Part shown: positions 1 through 9,383 of the stretch, one piece after another | Position numbering within the stretch: the stretch's first letter is position 1 | Layout: the number at the start of each line of letters is the position of its first letter | Source of the DNA: a virus | Lineage: Duplodnaviria > Heunggongvirae > Uroviricota > Caudoviricetes | IMG/VR virus record: IMGVR_UViG_2534682294_000023 | Direction: 5' to 3' (one strand) | Length of the DNA stretch: 47,011 nt | Made by a program: the position numbers and the translations under genes | Notes under the pieces: generated by a model | The model's database searches: none | What the model saw: the letters and a program-made list of their open reading frames with translations, nothing else | Told to the model about the DNA's origin: nothing

Positions 1-738
1 TCATTCACTCTCTTTCAAACCAGTTTTAACTGTTTGTGGTTTTGGGTAAGGGTGGACTTTGAATAGCTTTGTGTTGAGGCGTTTTCTGGCCCTCTTGTTC
101 AGAAACCGGATGTAACGAAACTGTCGGAACTTATGCACACTGGCTCTGTCGATATTAGCCCTCAGATGTTCACCTCGTTGTCCGCCTCGTTTAATGGCAC
201 TCCTGCAAATCTCGTGATACCACTCGCCATCAAGTTCATAGAATGTTGATTCATGGCTGCCTACATAATCAAAATTGCTGGCCTGATACACGACACCAAG
301 ACAGCCACAACGCTCATCTGCAAACGACTGAACCCACTGTACCTGCGGATAAAGCTGCCTGATTAGCTTGAGCGCGTAACTGATTGCCCTTGATTCGGAG
401 TTTCTCGGCATACAGTCATGCATCCATAGCCGGTTAAGCTCCATATATTCTCGGTTCTGCGTACCCGTTACGACGCGTGCACCACTGTTTGGGTTAAGGG
501 CGTAACCCCATTGCATTACGCCAACAAGTTCCCGTTCTGAAAATATACCCAGATGAAGGTAGGAATTATTTACGAAACGGTGGCTGTAATGTTTATTGAC
601 GATAACCAGTCTGGCCAGCCAGCAACTTATTGTCTCAACCCGCAACTCACGGGAGCCATAACCAACGATATTGTCGTTATAGCGAATAAGTTCAGGCGTG
701 CTGATGATACGGGATGTGACTTGCTTTCTGTTCCCCAC
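1..738 (-). CDS. mom: Mom-like DNA modification protein
   Basis: 245-aa ORF immediately downstream of and overlapping a Com-like zinc-ribbon ORF at the prophage end; matches the Mu com-mom arrangement. Start codon uncertain. Confidence 0.65.
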   Translation of the reverse strand: MGNRKQVTSRIISTPELIRYNDNIVGYGSRELRVETISCWLARLVIVNKHYSHRFVNNSYLHLGIFSERELVGVMQWGYALNPNSGARVVTGTQNREYMELNRLWMHDCMPRNSESRAISYALKLIRQLYPQVQWVQSFADERCGCLGVVYQASNFDYVGSHESTFYELDGEWYHEICRSAIKRGGQRGEHLRANIDRASVHKFRQFRYIRFLNKRARKRLNTKLFKVHPYPKPQTVKTGLKESE

Positions 739-892
739 GACAGGATTTCCTTGTGTATGTGGGGTGCTCTGTGGCGCTCGGAGATGTGATTTGATTGAGG
801 GTTTTACAGCGCGGACATTTTACTTCCAGATAACTGAAACTGGCCCGTGCCAGTAGCTTATTGCAGTGTCGGCACCGTATGTTTCGATACAT
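692..892 (-). CDS. com: Com-like zinc-ribbon translational activator of mom
   Basis: Translation from the ATG at 892 reads [14 protein letters not shown]...KCPRCKT, with the C-x2-C...C-x2-C spacing of Mu Com; overlaps the mom start. Confidence 0.65.
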   Translation of the reverse strand: MYRNIRCRHCNKLLARASFSYLEVKCPRCKTLNQITSPSATEHPTYTRKSCRGEQKASHIPYHQHA

Positions 893-1080
893 GGCCGCAT
901 AACCTCCTGCTTTGTTGTTGATGCCTTTCTCATGCAATCGATCGACAAAAACGATCGATTCGATTTGTTTAATTGATACAACAAATAGATTTAAAAGTCA
1001 TCAACAATGATTCAGGGCGGTGATTATTTACTTAAAGAAACGAAGAGTTAGGTGGTGAAAACGATCATAAAATGATCATT
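893..1080. promoter_or_regulatory. Putative com-mom promoter/regulatory region with clustered GATC (Dam) sites
   Basis: GATC at 940-943 and 953-956 (13 bp apart) and again at 1063-1066 and 1074-1077, directly upstream of com; Mu Pmom is controlled by Dam methylation of clustered GATC sites. Confidence 0.4.
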
Positions 1081-1298
1081 TTATTGACTTTTTATACAGT
1101 GAAGGTAGGATCGCGCGTATATGTAGTATGTTTCAAATCAACAGGATACTACATAAAAGTGAAACCCAGCATAGCTGGAACTATGCTGGGTCAATCTGTA
1201 AAAACTTGCATCAATGCTTTACTTCGAGCTCGTGGCGTATCCTATGATATTCCCCGGTCTCCTGTAAAGCAGAGATGCATAAAAAGGAGATCTTTATC

Positions 1299-1469
1299 AT
1301 GGATAAAGAGCCTGTTTGCCCTGCCTGTAAGACTCCCTTACAGCTCATCTATCGCCGTTCTCGATCTCAAAATGGCAAGACATACAAACCAAAAAATGCT
1401 TCCTGTTTCAGGATGCTGATATGTCCTGCCTGTTCTCCCCGGAGGGAAAATACACAAAACGTGCATTAA
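1299..1469 (+). CDS. Hypothetical small protein with C-x2-C ... C-x2-C zinc-ribbon-like motif
   Basis: ATG at 1299 preceded by AAGGAG at 1285-1290; translation MDKEPVCPACKT...CPACSP; divergent from com. Confidence 0.3.
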   Translation: MDKEPVCPACKTPLQLIYRRSRSQNGKTYKPKNASCFRMLICPACSPRRENTQNVH

Positions 1470-1507
1470 CAAATTCACCCGGCAGGGAAACCTGCCGGTC
1501 GGTATTG

Positions 1508-1753
1508 TTACATCATAGTACCGTCAGTTCCGGGCTGAACCGGCTCTGGTTGCTCTACGGGTTGAGGCTCATTTTCCGTGCTGTTTTCAGCCGGAGAACG
1601 ACCAACCATTCGGGCCAGCACTTCATCAACATATGCGTCGATTTGTGCCTCAAAATCCTTGCGAACCTGCGCCTTCAGCACGCGGTTCACTTCTTCAGAA
1701 TAAAGTGCCTGTTTGACAAGCTCTTCAGTAACCGTGCCTTTAATCTCTGGCAT
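1508..1753 (-). CDS. Hypothetical protein (81 aa, acidic, Pro/Glu-rich C-terminus)
   Basis: ORF with GGAGAA RBS directly upstream; co-oriented with and downstream of the esterase and a small membrane ORF. Confidence 0.4.
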   Translation of the reverse strand: MPEIKGTVTEELVKQALYSEEVNRVLKAQVRKDFEAQIDAYVDEVLARMVGRSPAENSTENEPQPVEQPEPVQPGTDGTMM

Positions 1754-1788
1754 GAATATTCTCCTTTCCTTTTCTGGTTCACAAAAAA

Positions 1789-1968
1789 TTAAATCTGACC
1801 GGAGTCTTTCGGCTGCGGCATTACAGCACCGCTTTTTATCTTTTCCTCGGCAGCTGCATCAATTTTATTTCGAAAATAATTGCGAATAATTTTATAACCA
1901 CCGCTGACAAGCAACAGACAACAAACCACCGTGCAGAAATACAGCAGGCAGACGTTTATATATGTCAT
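1789..1968 (-). CDS. Small putative membrane protein (59 aa, one hydrophobic helix)
   Basis: Translated by hand: MTYINVCLLYFCTVVCCLLLVSGG...; sits between the esterase and the 81-aa ORF; below the ORF-track size cutoff. Confidence 0.3.
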   Translation of the reverse strand: MTYINVCLLYFCTVVCCLLLVSGGYKIIRNYFRNKIDAAAEEKIKSGAVMPQPKDSGQI

Positions 1969-2025
1969 ATAAGCCTCACTCTTATTAACTGATGTTACAG
2001 CCGGATAAATTCCCGGCCGTCACGA

Positions 2026-4083
2026 TTATGCCGCAGGGGTATTAACCTCAAGGACAACGCTCTCAAAAGACACGCCATAAGTTGCCCCTTTGGTGACATC
2101 TGTCAGTGTCAGCGTATCTTTGGCAGGGGAAAGTGCATCTTTCACCATCTGGAATGCCTGGCCCGGAGTGCCATCCAGCACAGGCGTTACCTGGGCACTT
2201 CCCGCCGTAAACTTCAGGACAAGTGTATGCCACTGGTTATTGTAGGCTCCAAATGATCCCAGTTTCGTATTCCCCCCTGTTTTATGGTGCATCAGATTTA
2301 ACTGGCCGCCTGTTGTCTGGAGATAATACGCCATCAGGAACGGTGTGCCTGTACCACTCATGGTTACACCTTCCGGGACCGTATCGGTGTGGAGGTAAAT
2401 ACCCAGAGCAAACTGGCCTTCTTTTACTTCACCTGACAGACGGAATTTACAGGTCAACTGACCACCATGCTTCAGAAGTTCACCGGCTGCATCAGTTCCA
2501 TGGGTAAGCGTCCAGGTTTTTCCGCTTTGTTTGGATACGGTCAACGCTTTACCTTCGTCCGTCAGCTGGATTGTACCATCTGTAATTTTCCAGCCCTGAG
2601 CCGGGGCTTCTCCTGCTGATGCTTTAAGTGAAAGCAGCGTACGGAGTGACGGGGATGTCGGATGGGGGGACTCACTGCCTCCTGGCTGACTACCTGTCGG
2701 CGCTTCCGGTTTCCCACCCGGCGCGGGCTGAGGCAGGGCTTCACCATCAGGGGCCACACCGGCAATAAATGCAGAGGTCAGACCTGCATATTTAAGAATT
2801 GCTGATGCAAAACGATCTGAGACCAGAAAACGGCGCGCCCAGGAGCTAAAATGGGTTGCCCTGGATGCTGTTGTCCAGTTGCCATCTCCCCGTGATTCCG
2901 CACCATAATACCCGGCAGAAGCGATATCCGGGTCGTGCTCCGGCAGGTTGGTCGCGGTTTTATTACCGAACTCATCGTGCATCAGTGGAACAAAGTGAAT
3001 GTTCTCGGAAGCCCGGTTTTTATATCCGCTATAAATGGTTTCATATGCCGCCGGGTTCTTCTCTTTCCAGTCATAGGTTGTGTCACCACATAACCACGGC
3101 ACACTGTCTGATGAACCACCAATACACTGACCGGAGAAAGCACCAAGATCCGCACGGAATTTTTTCACCATCGCAGTAAACTGGGCACCATGCTGGGCCG
3201 GGGTCGCTTTAAGGTCTCCTTCCCCCTGAATCCATACGACAGATAACAGCACATTCTTTGGATTCGCCTCAAGTGCCGCTTTAGTTCGACTGACAAGATC
3301 CTGATACAGTGGGGTATCCACTCCCCAGCGTAGTGACGCCTCGGCTGCACCACTTGCCGGATCGAATGAGCCAACTGCGCCGGTTGTAAAAGCAGAGCCG
3401 CCACGGGCACAGGGAACCAGTAAAATCCCGGCATCAGCAGGAATCACCGGTAATACTTTTTTCGCAATATGAAGTCCCTGCCCCACACAACCATACTGCC
3501 CTTTTTTCAGGTCTGCTTTTGGATGGTTCAGCAGACTCATATTCTGAACATCATGAAGGCAGTGATCTGCTGGAATGATTTCATTGTATTTGCAGGGAAT
3601 ACCTCCGGGGGTTTGTGTATTCCTGCGTGCCAGCTGCATAATACGTGGATCAGGACGATCATAAGAATCCGGAAGGGGCAACCCTTCACCATAAGATGAA
3701 GCATTGGACTGGCCGGCTATAACAATCACGTAATACCAGGAAGGGGAGCTGGAAGCCGTTTCATTTCCTGCCGGACGGGTATGTGTTTCTGCATTATCCC
3801 AGTCTGACGGTTCAGCAGTACCGGCAACATCAGCACTTAACGGAATGACAGCACCAATACCCGCTCCGGTAATTTCCACGTTCGGATCACCGGATACTGG
3901 CCTTACCCACAGGCAATCCTGTGTATTAAAACTGATGAGACAGTCAGCAAATGTCATTCCTCCTTTCGTTTCAGCAGGAGGAAAGGGAGCCTCAAGAAAT
4001 GCCGCTGTACCACCGGAAACTTTAACGGTAAAGTTTCCGGGCATTGATGATAGTTGAACCCATTTGGACGTCATAATATTCAT
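2026..4083 (-). CDS. NanS-like sialate O-acetylesterase: N-terminal region, SGNH/DUF303-type esterase core (GQSN motif), C-terminal lectin/LamG-like domain
   Basis: 685-aa ORF containing IAGQSNASSYGEG, typical of sialate 9-O-acetylesterase (NanS / prophage NanS-p) domains; C-terminal beta-rich region resembles a carbohydrate-binding domain. Confidence 0.55.
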   Translation of the reverse strand: MNIMTSKWVQLSSMPGNFTVKVSGGTAAFLEAPFPPAETKGGMTFADCLISFNTQDCLWVRPVSGDPNVEITGAGIGAVIPLSADVAGTAEPSDWDNAETHTRPAGNETASSSPSWYYVIVIAGQSNASSYGEGLPLPDSYDRPDPRIMQLARRNTQTPGGIPCKYNEIIPADHCLHDVQNMSLLNHPKADLKKGQYGCVGQGLHIAKKVLPVIPADAGILLVPCARGGSAFTTGAVGSFDPASGAAEASLRWGVDTPLYQDLVSRTKAALEANPKNVLLSVVWIQGEGDLKATPAQHGAQFTAMVKKFRADLGAFSGQCIGGSSDSVPWLCGDTTYDWKEKNPAAYETIYSGYKNRASENIHFVPLMHDEFGNKTATNLPEHDPDIASAGYYGAESRGDGNWTTASRATHFSSWARRFLVSDRFASAILKYAGLTSAFIAGVAPDGEALPQPAPGGKPEAPTGSQPGGSESPHPTSPSLRTLLSLKASAGEAPAQGWKITDGTIQLTDEGKALTVSKQSGKTWTLTHGTDAAGELLKHGGQLTCKFRLSGEVKEGQFALGIYLHTDTVPEGVTMSGTGTPFLMAYYLQTTGGQLNLMHHKTGGNTKLGSFGAYNNQWHTLVLKFTAGSAQVTPVLDGTPGQAFQMVKDALSPAKDTLTLTDVTKGATYGVSFESVVLEVNTPAA

Positions 4084-4173
4084 CCTGTTCCTGAATAAAC
4101 AGAATTATCATATCCACAGACCGATAAACGCCATTTTGCGTTAATTCAGTAAAGGCCCAACAAAGGGAGCGTC

Positions 4174-4734
4174 TTATTTTTCCGAAACGCTCGCAGGATA
4201 ATAACGATAAAGGGTTGAAAGGCCGATATCAAAAATAAGTGCCACCTGTCTTCGACTGACACCCCCGGCCAGTAAACGCCCGACCTGCTCGTATTGTTCC
4301 TGCGTGAGACGACGGGGTCTGCCGCCGGTTCGTCCCCTTTCACGGGCAGCTGCAAGACCAGCCCGTGTCCGTTCGACAATTAATTCACGCTCCATTTCTG
4401 CCAGCGCACCCATTATGTGAAAAAAGAAGCGCCCCATGGGGGTTGACGTATCAATGTTGTCAGTAAGACTACGAAAATTTATCCCCTGTTGCTGTAATTC
4501 ATCTGTCAGCGCAACAAGGTGGCGCATACTGCGCCCCAGCCTGTCCAGTTTCCAGACCATCAGTGTGTCACCGGGTTTTAGTTTCTTCAGTGCCCGCTTC
4601 AGTCCCGGCCGCTGTGTCGTTTTACCACTCATTTTATCTTCAAAAATCTGCTCACATCCTGCACATTCCAGCGCATTTCTTTGTAAACCTGTGTTCTGGT
4701 CATTTGTTGATACGCGTATATAGCCAATCAGCAT
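4174..4734 (-). CDS. gin: Gin-family serine DNA invertase
   Basis: 186-aa ORF MLIGYIRVSTNDQNTGLQRNALECAGCEQIFEDK...; matches the Gin/Hin/Cin/Pin N-terminal catalytic serine region and C-terminal HTH. Confidence 0.9.
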   Translation of the reverse strand: MLIGYIRVSTNDQNTGLQRNALECAGCEQIFEDKMSGKTTQRPGLKRALKKLKPGDTLMVWKLDRLGRSMRHLVALTDELQQQGINFRSLTDNIDTSTPMGRFFFHIMGALAEMERELIVERTRAGLAAARERGRTGGRPRRLTQEQYEQVGRLLAGGVSRRQVALIFDIGLSTLYRYYPASVSEK

Positions 4735-4790
4735 GTATTTACCTTCCTTAAAAAGAGGTGGAAAGGCCTTTTAAAACAGATATACGGCAT

Positions 4791-4816
4791 CCCTGAAACC
4801 TCGGTTTACGGGATAC
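4791..4816. repeat. gix-like recombination site (gin-proximal)
   Basis: ccctGAAACCTCGGTTTACgggatac closely resembles my recollection of the Mu gix core (AAACCTCGGTTTAC); lies 57 bp from the gin start. Confidence 0.5.
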
Positions 4817-5159
4817 TGTAAACAGGGCCGCGAATGCCCTGCCATCGAACGGAGCGGCTGTTGCAGCGAATAAACTCGCCACTCCAAGAAATATTAATGG
4901 TGTCCCATTTGACGGAACGCAGGATATAAATATTACATCGGGGATGACGCAGTCTGTGGCTGACTCACGTTATGTTCAAAGCATTCGAAGAGGTTCAAGG
5001 TCAACGATTGGAATGCAATATAATATTTTTGAGGTTCCTGACGGATGCGTACTTACAGGGCTTGATGTCGCTGGTGATGGTAATGCAACGGTAACCGCAT
5101 ATTATCGACCTGTTCAGTTTCTGATAGATGGTTCGTGGAAAACAGCTTCCAGCGCATAA
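4797..5159 (+). CDS. Alternative tail-fibre C-terminal coding segment (S'v-like); start-less in the current orientation
   Basis: Open frame right after the gix-like site translates to [53 protein letters not shown]..., parallel to residues about 177-303 of the S ORF and then diverging; both end in a YYRPVQ-containing tail. Confidence 0.6.
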   Translation, partial: NLGLRDTVNRAANALPSNGAAVAANKLATPRNINGVPFDGTQDINITSGMTQSVADSRYVQSIRRGSRSTIGMQYNIFEVPDGCVLTGLDVAGDGNATVTAYYRPVQFLIDGSWKTASSA

Positions 5160-5238
5160 AAGTGCAGTAGTTCAAAAAACAGATTATCTGAATAAATATA
5201 TGATGATTTTGTCTTTTCAACAAAAACAAGGTGAAATA

Positions 5239-5760
5239 ATGGAGCTTATTAACGTAAAACGATATTACCCGGAACACAAACCCTATGGTGAGGATGTTCA
5301 GTATTTCCAGAGTGAGGACGGAAGGGATTTTTATGAATCTATCCCGCTTTTCACAAAGAAATACAAACTCTGTATTTCGCCTGTAACGGGTATTATCTGC
5401 TCTGTTGCTGAAGATGTCTCTGCTTTATATCCGGCAGGTTTTACTGTTGTTGAAGTGGACGAACTGCCGGAAGGTGTGAATATTGACGGTAACTGGCAGT
5501 TTTCTGATGGCCTGATATCAAAGGTGCCGGTAAACTGGAAGACGGTTGCTGAAAAGCGTCGCTCATCGCTGCTCCAGGAAGCCAACGAAACCGTGGATGA
5601 CTGGAAAACAGAATTAAAACTGGACATGATTAGCGATGAAAATAAATTACAGCTGACGCGCTGGATGGCGTATATCCGACAGCTTAAAGAAATGCACTTT
5701 AATGATATTGCCAGTGAGGGGCATTACCAGGCGATTCCCTGGCCGGAAAAACCGGAATAA
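5239..5760 (+). CDS. Tail fibre assembly protein (Mu U/U'-like chaperone)
   Basis: ATG at 5239 preceded by AAGGTGA; product has the Tfa-family C-terminal region (...KLQLTRWMAYIRQL...PWPEKPE); follows the S'v segment on the same strand. Confidence 0.75.
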   Translation: MELINVKRYYPEHKPYGEDVQYFQSEDGRDFYESIPLFTKKYKLCISPVTGIICSVAEDVSALYPAGFTVVEVDELPEGVNIDGNWQFSDGLISKVPVNWKTVAEKRRSSLLQEANETVDDWKTELKLDMISDENKLQLTRWMAYIRQLKEMHFNDIASEGHYQAIPWPEKPE

Positions 5761-5794
5761 TTCAGAGGGTGCATTCAGCACCCTTTTCTGTGGT

Positions 5795-6706
5795 TTACAC
5801 TGAACTTACCGTTCTCCAGGCATTATTAATATAAATCTGAACCGGGCGATAATAGACCCCACCGATATTGTCCGCAGACCGGGAGCCGGTTTCCTGCACG
5901 TTAATACCGGAAAGCATACAACCGGAAGGTGCGCTGTAATTCCATGATATTTCATTGCCTCCGGGTGAATGATAGCTCTGTGCTCCAAGCTGAACATTCT
6001 GTACATACCGGCCATCTGCGGTTGACTGCGTCATTCCTGACGTGATGTTGATATCCTGCGTTCCGTCAAAAGGAACGCCATTAATATTTTTTGGGGTGGC
6101 GAGTCTGTTTGCTGCCACGGCGGTTCCACCCGATGGCAGGGCATCAGCAGCCTTATTTACCGTTTCCCGTAAACCGACGTTATCGATAAAAGCGCCTTTA
6201 TCCGGAATGTCTGCGCCATTCTGGTCCCTGCGCAGGTAACGGTTATCACCTTCGCTCTTGCTGTAAACATCCAGATTATTACGGGCGGTTCCCTTATTCT
6301 CCAGGTCGGCGAGATTCTGATCCTTCGCCAGGGCATTAACGTCACCGGGACCAAGACTGTTTTTTGTGGCAAGCGTCCCCAGACCAAGATAACCACGGGC
6401 CAGACGCTGGGCCTCCGCACCGGCATCAGCAATTTCTTTCAGGTTATTTTTCCGGGAAAAAGCATTCGCAGCGATAATGGCTTTAATAGACAGCGTAAGC
6501 TGGTTTAACTGCGCCTTATCCGGCTGAATACTGGCTTCAGCCAGAATATTCAGCAGTTCGGCCTGGAGAATATTCAGCCAGTCCTGACCAATCCAGCTGA
6601 TACCTTTTTGTCCGTCACCTTCGGTAAACCAGGTGGTGGTATTACTCTGCGCCGGTGCCAGCGCAGGCATATTCGCCACGCCGGAATTATTATCAACATG
6701 AAACAT
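5795..6706 (-). CDS. Tail fibre protein (Mu S-like), constant N-terminus joined to the currently expressed variable C-terminus
   Basis: 303-aa ORF; N-terminal part lies outside and C-terminal part inside the gix-bounded segment. Confidence 0.8.
   Translation of the reverse strand: MFHVDNNSGVANMPALAPAQSNTTTWFTEGDGQKGISWIGQDWLNILQAELLNILAEASIQPDKAQLNQLTLSIKAIIAANAFSRKNNLKEIADAGAEAQRLARGYLGLGTLATKNSLGPGDVNALAKDQNLADLENKGTARNNLDVYSKSEGDNRYLRRDQNGADIPDKGAFIDNVGLRETVNKAADALPSGGTAVAANRLATPKNINGVPFDGTQDINITSGMTQSTADGRYVQNVQLGAQSYHSPGGNEISWNYSAPSGCMLSGINVQETGSRSADNIGGVYYRPVQIYINNAWRTVSSV
6163..6183. repeat. gix-like recombination site (inside tail-fibre gene S), inverted relative to the site at 4791-4816
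   Basis: tcccgtaaaccga shares 13 bp with the reverse complement of the site at 4794-4813; sits exactly where the two alternative tail-fibre C-terminal coding segments start to align (S residue about 177). Confidence 0.45.
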
Positions 6707-7266
6707 TAAATAGTCTCCTCTTCATGGCTGTTTGCATACACGTAAATAAACGTCTGCCATGCAGGCTTATAACGGTTCAGAATACATTCCAGCGCACCGC
6801 CTTCATAAATACGCAGCGGCGTGAGAATATCATCCAGCACATTCATATTCCGGTAGCCGGTTTCACTGTTAATCGTGACAATACTGACCCACTGTGAATC
6901 CGGTGATGGCTGAATATCTATTTCATAACCAAACTCTGCCGCAAACCGGATATAAAATTCACGGTTAAGAGAGGGTTTCATCCGGTATTTATTCCCGGCA
7001 TAACGCTGACGCTCCTGAATGGTTGCGCCGGTCATATCACATTCCGGTAACCCCAGATAACGCTCCCAGTCTTCCAGCAGCAGACGGGATGAATCAGGAA
7101 AACGTTCTGCCAGCATCTGGTTACCGGTCCAGGAAACACGCTCCGTGGAATGACTGAGGCCCAGGCACAAAGCCGCAAGAACGGATGACGGCCGCTTATC
7201 CCATGCCAGCCCGTCAGGCAGCAACTGCAACAGGGCACGCTGATGCGGGGTCAGGGTTACAGCCAT
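6706..7266 (-). CDS. Mu gp48-like tail/baseplate protein
   Basis: Position between baseplate J-like gene and tail fibre; size and synteny with Mu. Confidence 0.6.
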   Translation of the reverse strand: MAVTLTPHQRALLQLLPDGLAWDKRPSSVLAALCLGLSHSTERVSWTGNQMLAERFPDSSRLLLEDWERYLGLPECDMTGATIQERQRYAGNKYRMKPSLNREFYIRFAAEFGYEIDIQPSPDSQWVSIVTINSETGYRNMNVLDDILTPLRIYEGGALECILNRYKPAWQTFIYVYANSHEEETI

Positions 7267-8342
7267 GTGATTTCCCCCACGGTCAGCAACTCTGTATCTC
7301 CGGCCATCACGGACTTCAGCGGGCTGCGAACTTCAAAATCCTCCAGTCCTTTCACCCCTGCAACAGCCCGCCAGAATGATGAAGGCAATACAAGTCCACC
7401 CGGCCGCGATTCGTTATAAAGCAGGTCCGTTAATGCCTGTTTTACGGCAGCCTGATTTTCCGGCGTTTTGGGTACAATCCTGATCTCAAACGCCACCGGC
7501 TTATTGGTCAGCTTAAACACGCTGATTGTCGGCCCAAGTGGCTGACCAACGGGCTGGCCCGTCGCCGGATCATCATGACTGCGGATATAATCCGCCACCC
7601 GCTTCACATCACCTTCTCCGGGGAAAATGTCAGGGTTATTATCCTGAACAAAAGTCACACCAACACTACCCGCCTCAGGCCATTCAGGCTTACACCATGC
7701 CCGCGTCACGCCCGGTACTTCCCGTGCCCAGCGTTCAAAATCATACTGTGTTCCCCCTGATGGCGGGTTCTGTACCCGGAATACCAGCCTGGACAGCAAC
7801 TCCGGCACCGTTTCCACATCCGCACCACCGGTGAGTCCCGTGCCGGTGACCGTGGCTGTCTGGTTGATGCCCGCCTGTGGCGTGATAAAGGACAGGCGGG
7901 TTCCGGTCGGGGTATTTCCAGCGCGCCCCGCACTTTCCGCCTCCACATTAACATTCAGTGTTCCGGCTTTTCCGGTCGCAGAGCCGGTGATGCGGTACAC
8001 AACACCATCGCTTCGCTGAAGGAGTACGCCTTCCGTGATCCCTGCATCCGTGGTCAGCATCAGTTGTACCGGTCCGTCAGCGCGGGAAGCCGGTTTACGG
8101 ATGACACCCCAGAATGCGCAGTGTTTCAGGAGTTCGGCTTCATCAGCTTCTGTCGGAATTATCTGCCGGGAGATCCAGGCCAGATGTTCATGCTCCTGTG
8201 CTGACAGACCCGCCAGTGCATACGCAATGGCATTCAGGGTGGTTTCATTCACGCCCGGCTGCGAACCGGGCAGGCGCTGGCTGATATCCTGTTGTGTCTG
8301 TGTGATCAGTTGCGCCAGTGGTAAGGGCTGATAAGGCATCAT
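7257..8342 (-). CDS. Baseplate J-like protein (Mu gp47-like)
   Basis: 361-aa ORF in the baseplate block; synteny and size. Confidence 0.7.
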   Translation of the reverse strand: MMPYQPLPLAQLITQTQQDISQRLPGSQPGVNETTLNAIAYALAGLSAQEHEHLAWISRQIIPTEADEAELLKHCAFWGVIRKPASRADGPVQLMLTTDAGITEGVLLQRSDGVVYRITGSATGKAGTLNVNVEAESAGRAGNTPTGTRLSFITPQAGINQTATVTGTGLTGGADVETVPELLSRLVFRVQNPPSGGTQYDFERWAREVPGVTRAWCKPEWPEAGSVGVTFVQDNNPDIFPGEGDVKRVADYIRSHDDPATGQPVGQPLGPTISVFKLTNKPVAFEIRIVPKTPENQAAVKQALTDLLYNESRPGGLVLPSSFWRAVAGVKGLEDFEVRSPLKSVMAGDTELLTVGEITWL

Positions 8343-8776
8343 TCCCCCTTCATATCAGCATAAAAAATCATCGGATGTCTGCTTCCGTCCGGCAGGGTGA
8401 TTTTCACGGAAAGCGAAAGGCGAGCATGCCCCACACGCATGGCATGACATACCACGGATGTGGCAGCACCGCTTTTATGCAGCCACGCCAGCGCTTCATC
8501 AGCATAGGCCTGTGCACGGCTGACCACGGAGGACAGCGTCTTTTCACGGCTTAACAGCCAGAGACGGGAGCCAACGGGGCGCTCCCGGAAACTGTCTCCC
8601 CACCATCCCCGACGGTCACGGGTGCCGTCAGGGATTTCATCGGAATCCAGCGCCCGCCTGTCCGTAAACAGTGAAATAATGACCGCAGTCAGCAGGCTGT
8701 TATCCGTCAGAAGATCTGCGCCGTTCAGTTGCAGGGAACCGCAACCCTGATCCCAGACGACAGCAATATCAGCCAT
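8339..8776 (-). CDS. Baseplate assembly protein (Mu gp46-like)
   Basis: Start set at the internal ATG at 8776 (GGAGGA RBS upstream), giving 145 aa and an 8-nt overlap with the upstream gene instead of the 220-nt overlap of the long ORF. Confidence 0.55.
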   Translation of the reverse strand: MADIAVVWDQGCGSLQLNGADLLTDNSLLTAVIISLFTDRRALDSDEIPDGTRDRRGWWGDSFRERPVGSRLWLLSREKTLSSVVSRAQAYADEALAWLHKSGAATSVVCHAMRVGHARLSLSVKITLPDGSRHPMIFYADMKGE

Positions 8777-9383
8777 TCTCTGGTCCTCCCGTTTTGCTGC
8801 CTTCACCGTTATCGTGATGCACATGACCTGAATAGGTGATCCCGGCAATAACCGCTTCGGACATCGTGAACGTCCCCTGTGATCTTCCGGTGCCGTCAAT
8901 GGACACATTGCCTTTGACATGCAGGTTCTTATCCACTGTGACATTACCGGTAAAGTGAGCCTCCGGTGTATCCACCTGAACACCTTCATCGGCGTAAATC
9001 TCCAGCGTCTTACAGGTCACAATGATCCGGCCGTTCTTTGTCAGACGTATGCGGTGCCCCTCATGGTGATACACGCCGGTATCTCCGGCGGTAAGTCCGG
9101 TCGGGCGACTGCGGCGGTCTTCCACCACAAGCACCACGGCCTGATCCCGTTGTCCGCCAGCACAGGCCAGAAAAACTTCCGCACCAGGCAGGGGGACGCT
9201 GATTTGCCCGTACTGCTGGGGGCGTTCAACGTCATCAAAGGTTTCACCATCCATACCGGTGATTTGCACATTCTGGATTTTCAGCGTGTCCGTTGTGCCG
9301 GTCAGTACACCACGCCCGAACAGCAGACGAACACCCCGCATCACGGGGGCCAGAAGGCGGCTGATGACTTCGTCATTCATCAT
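8769..9383 (-). CDS. Baseplate spike / assembly protein V-like (Mu gp45-like)
   Basis: 204-aa ORF, beta-rich, Gly-rich C-terminus; synteny. Confidence 0.65.
   Translation of the reverse strand: MMNDEVISRLLAPVMRGVRLLFGRGVLTGTTDTLKIQNVQITGMDGETFDDVERPQQYGQISVPLPGAEVFLACAGGQRDQAVVLVVEDRRSRPTGLTAGDTGVYHHEGHRIRLTKNGRIIVTCKTLEIYADEGVQVDTPEAHFTGNVTVDKNLHVKGNVSIDGTGRSQGTFTMSEAVIAGITYSGHVHHDNGEGSKTGGPENG

Noticed and set aside
8339-8989. Full-length 216-aa version of the gp46-like ORF
   Set aside because: It would overlap the upstream gene by 220 nt; the internal ATG at 8776 with a GGAGGA RBS gives a normal 8-nt overlap, so the long N-terminus is probably not translated.
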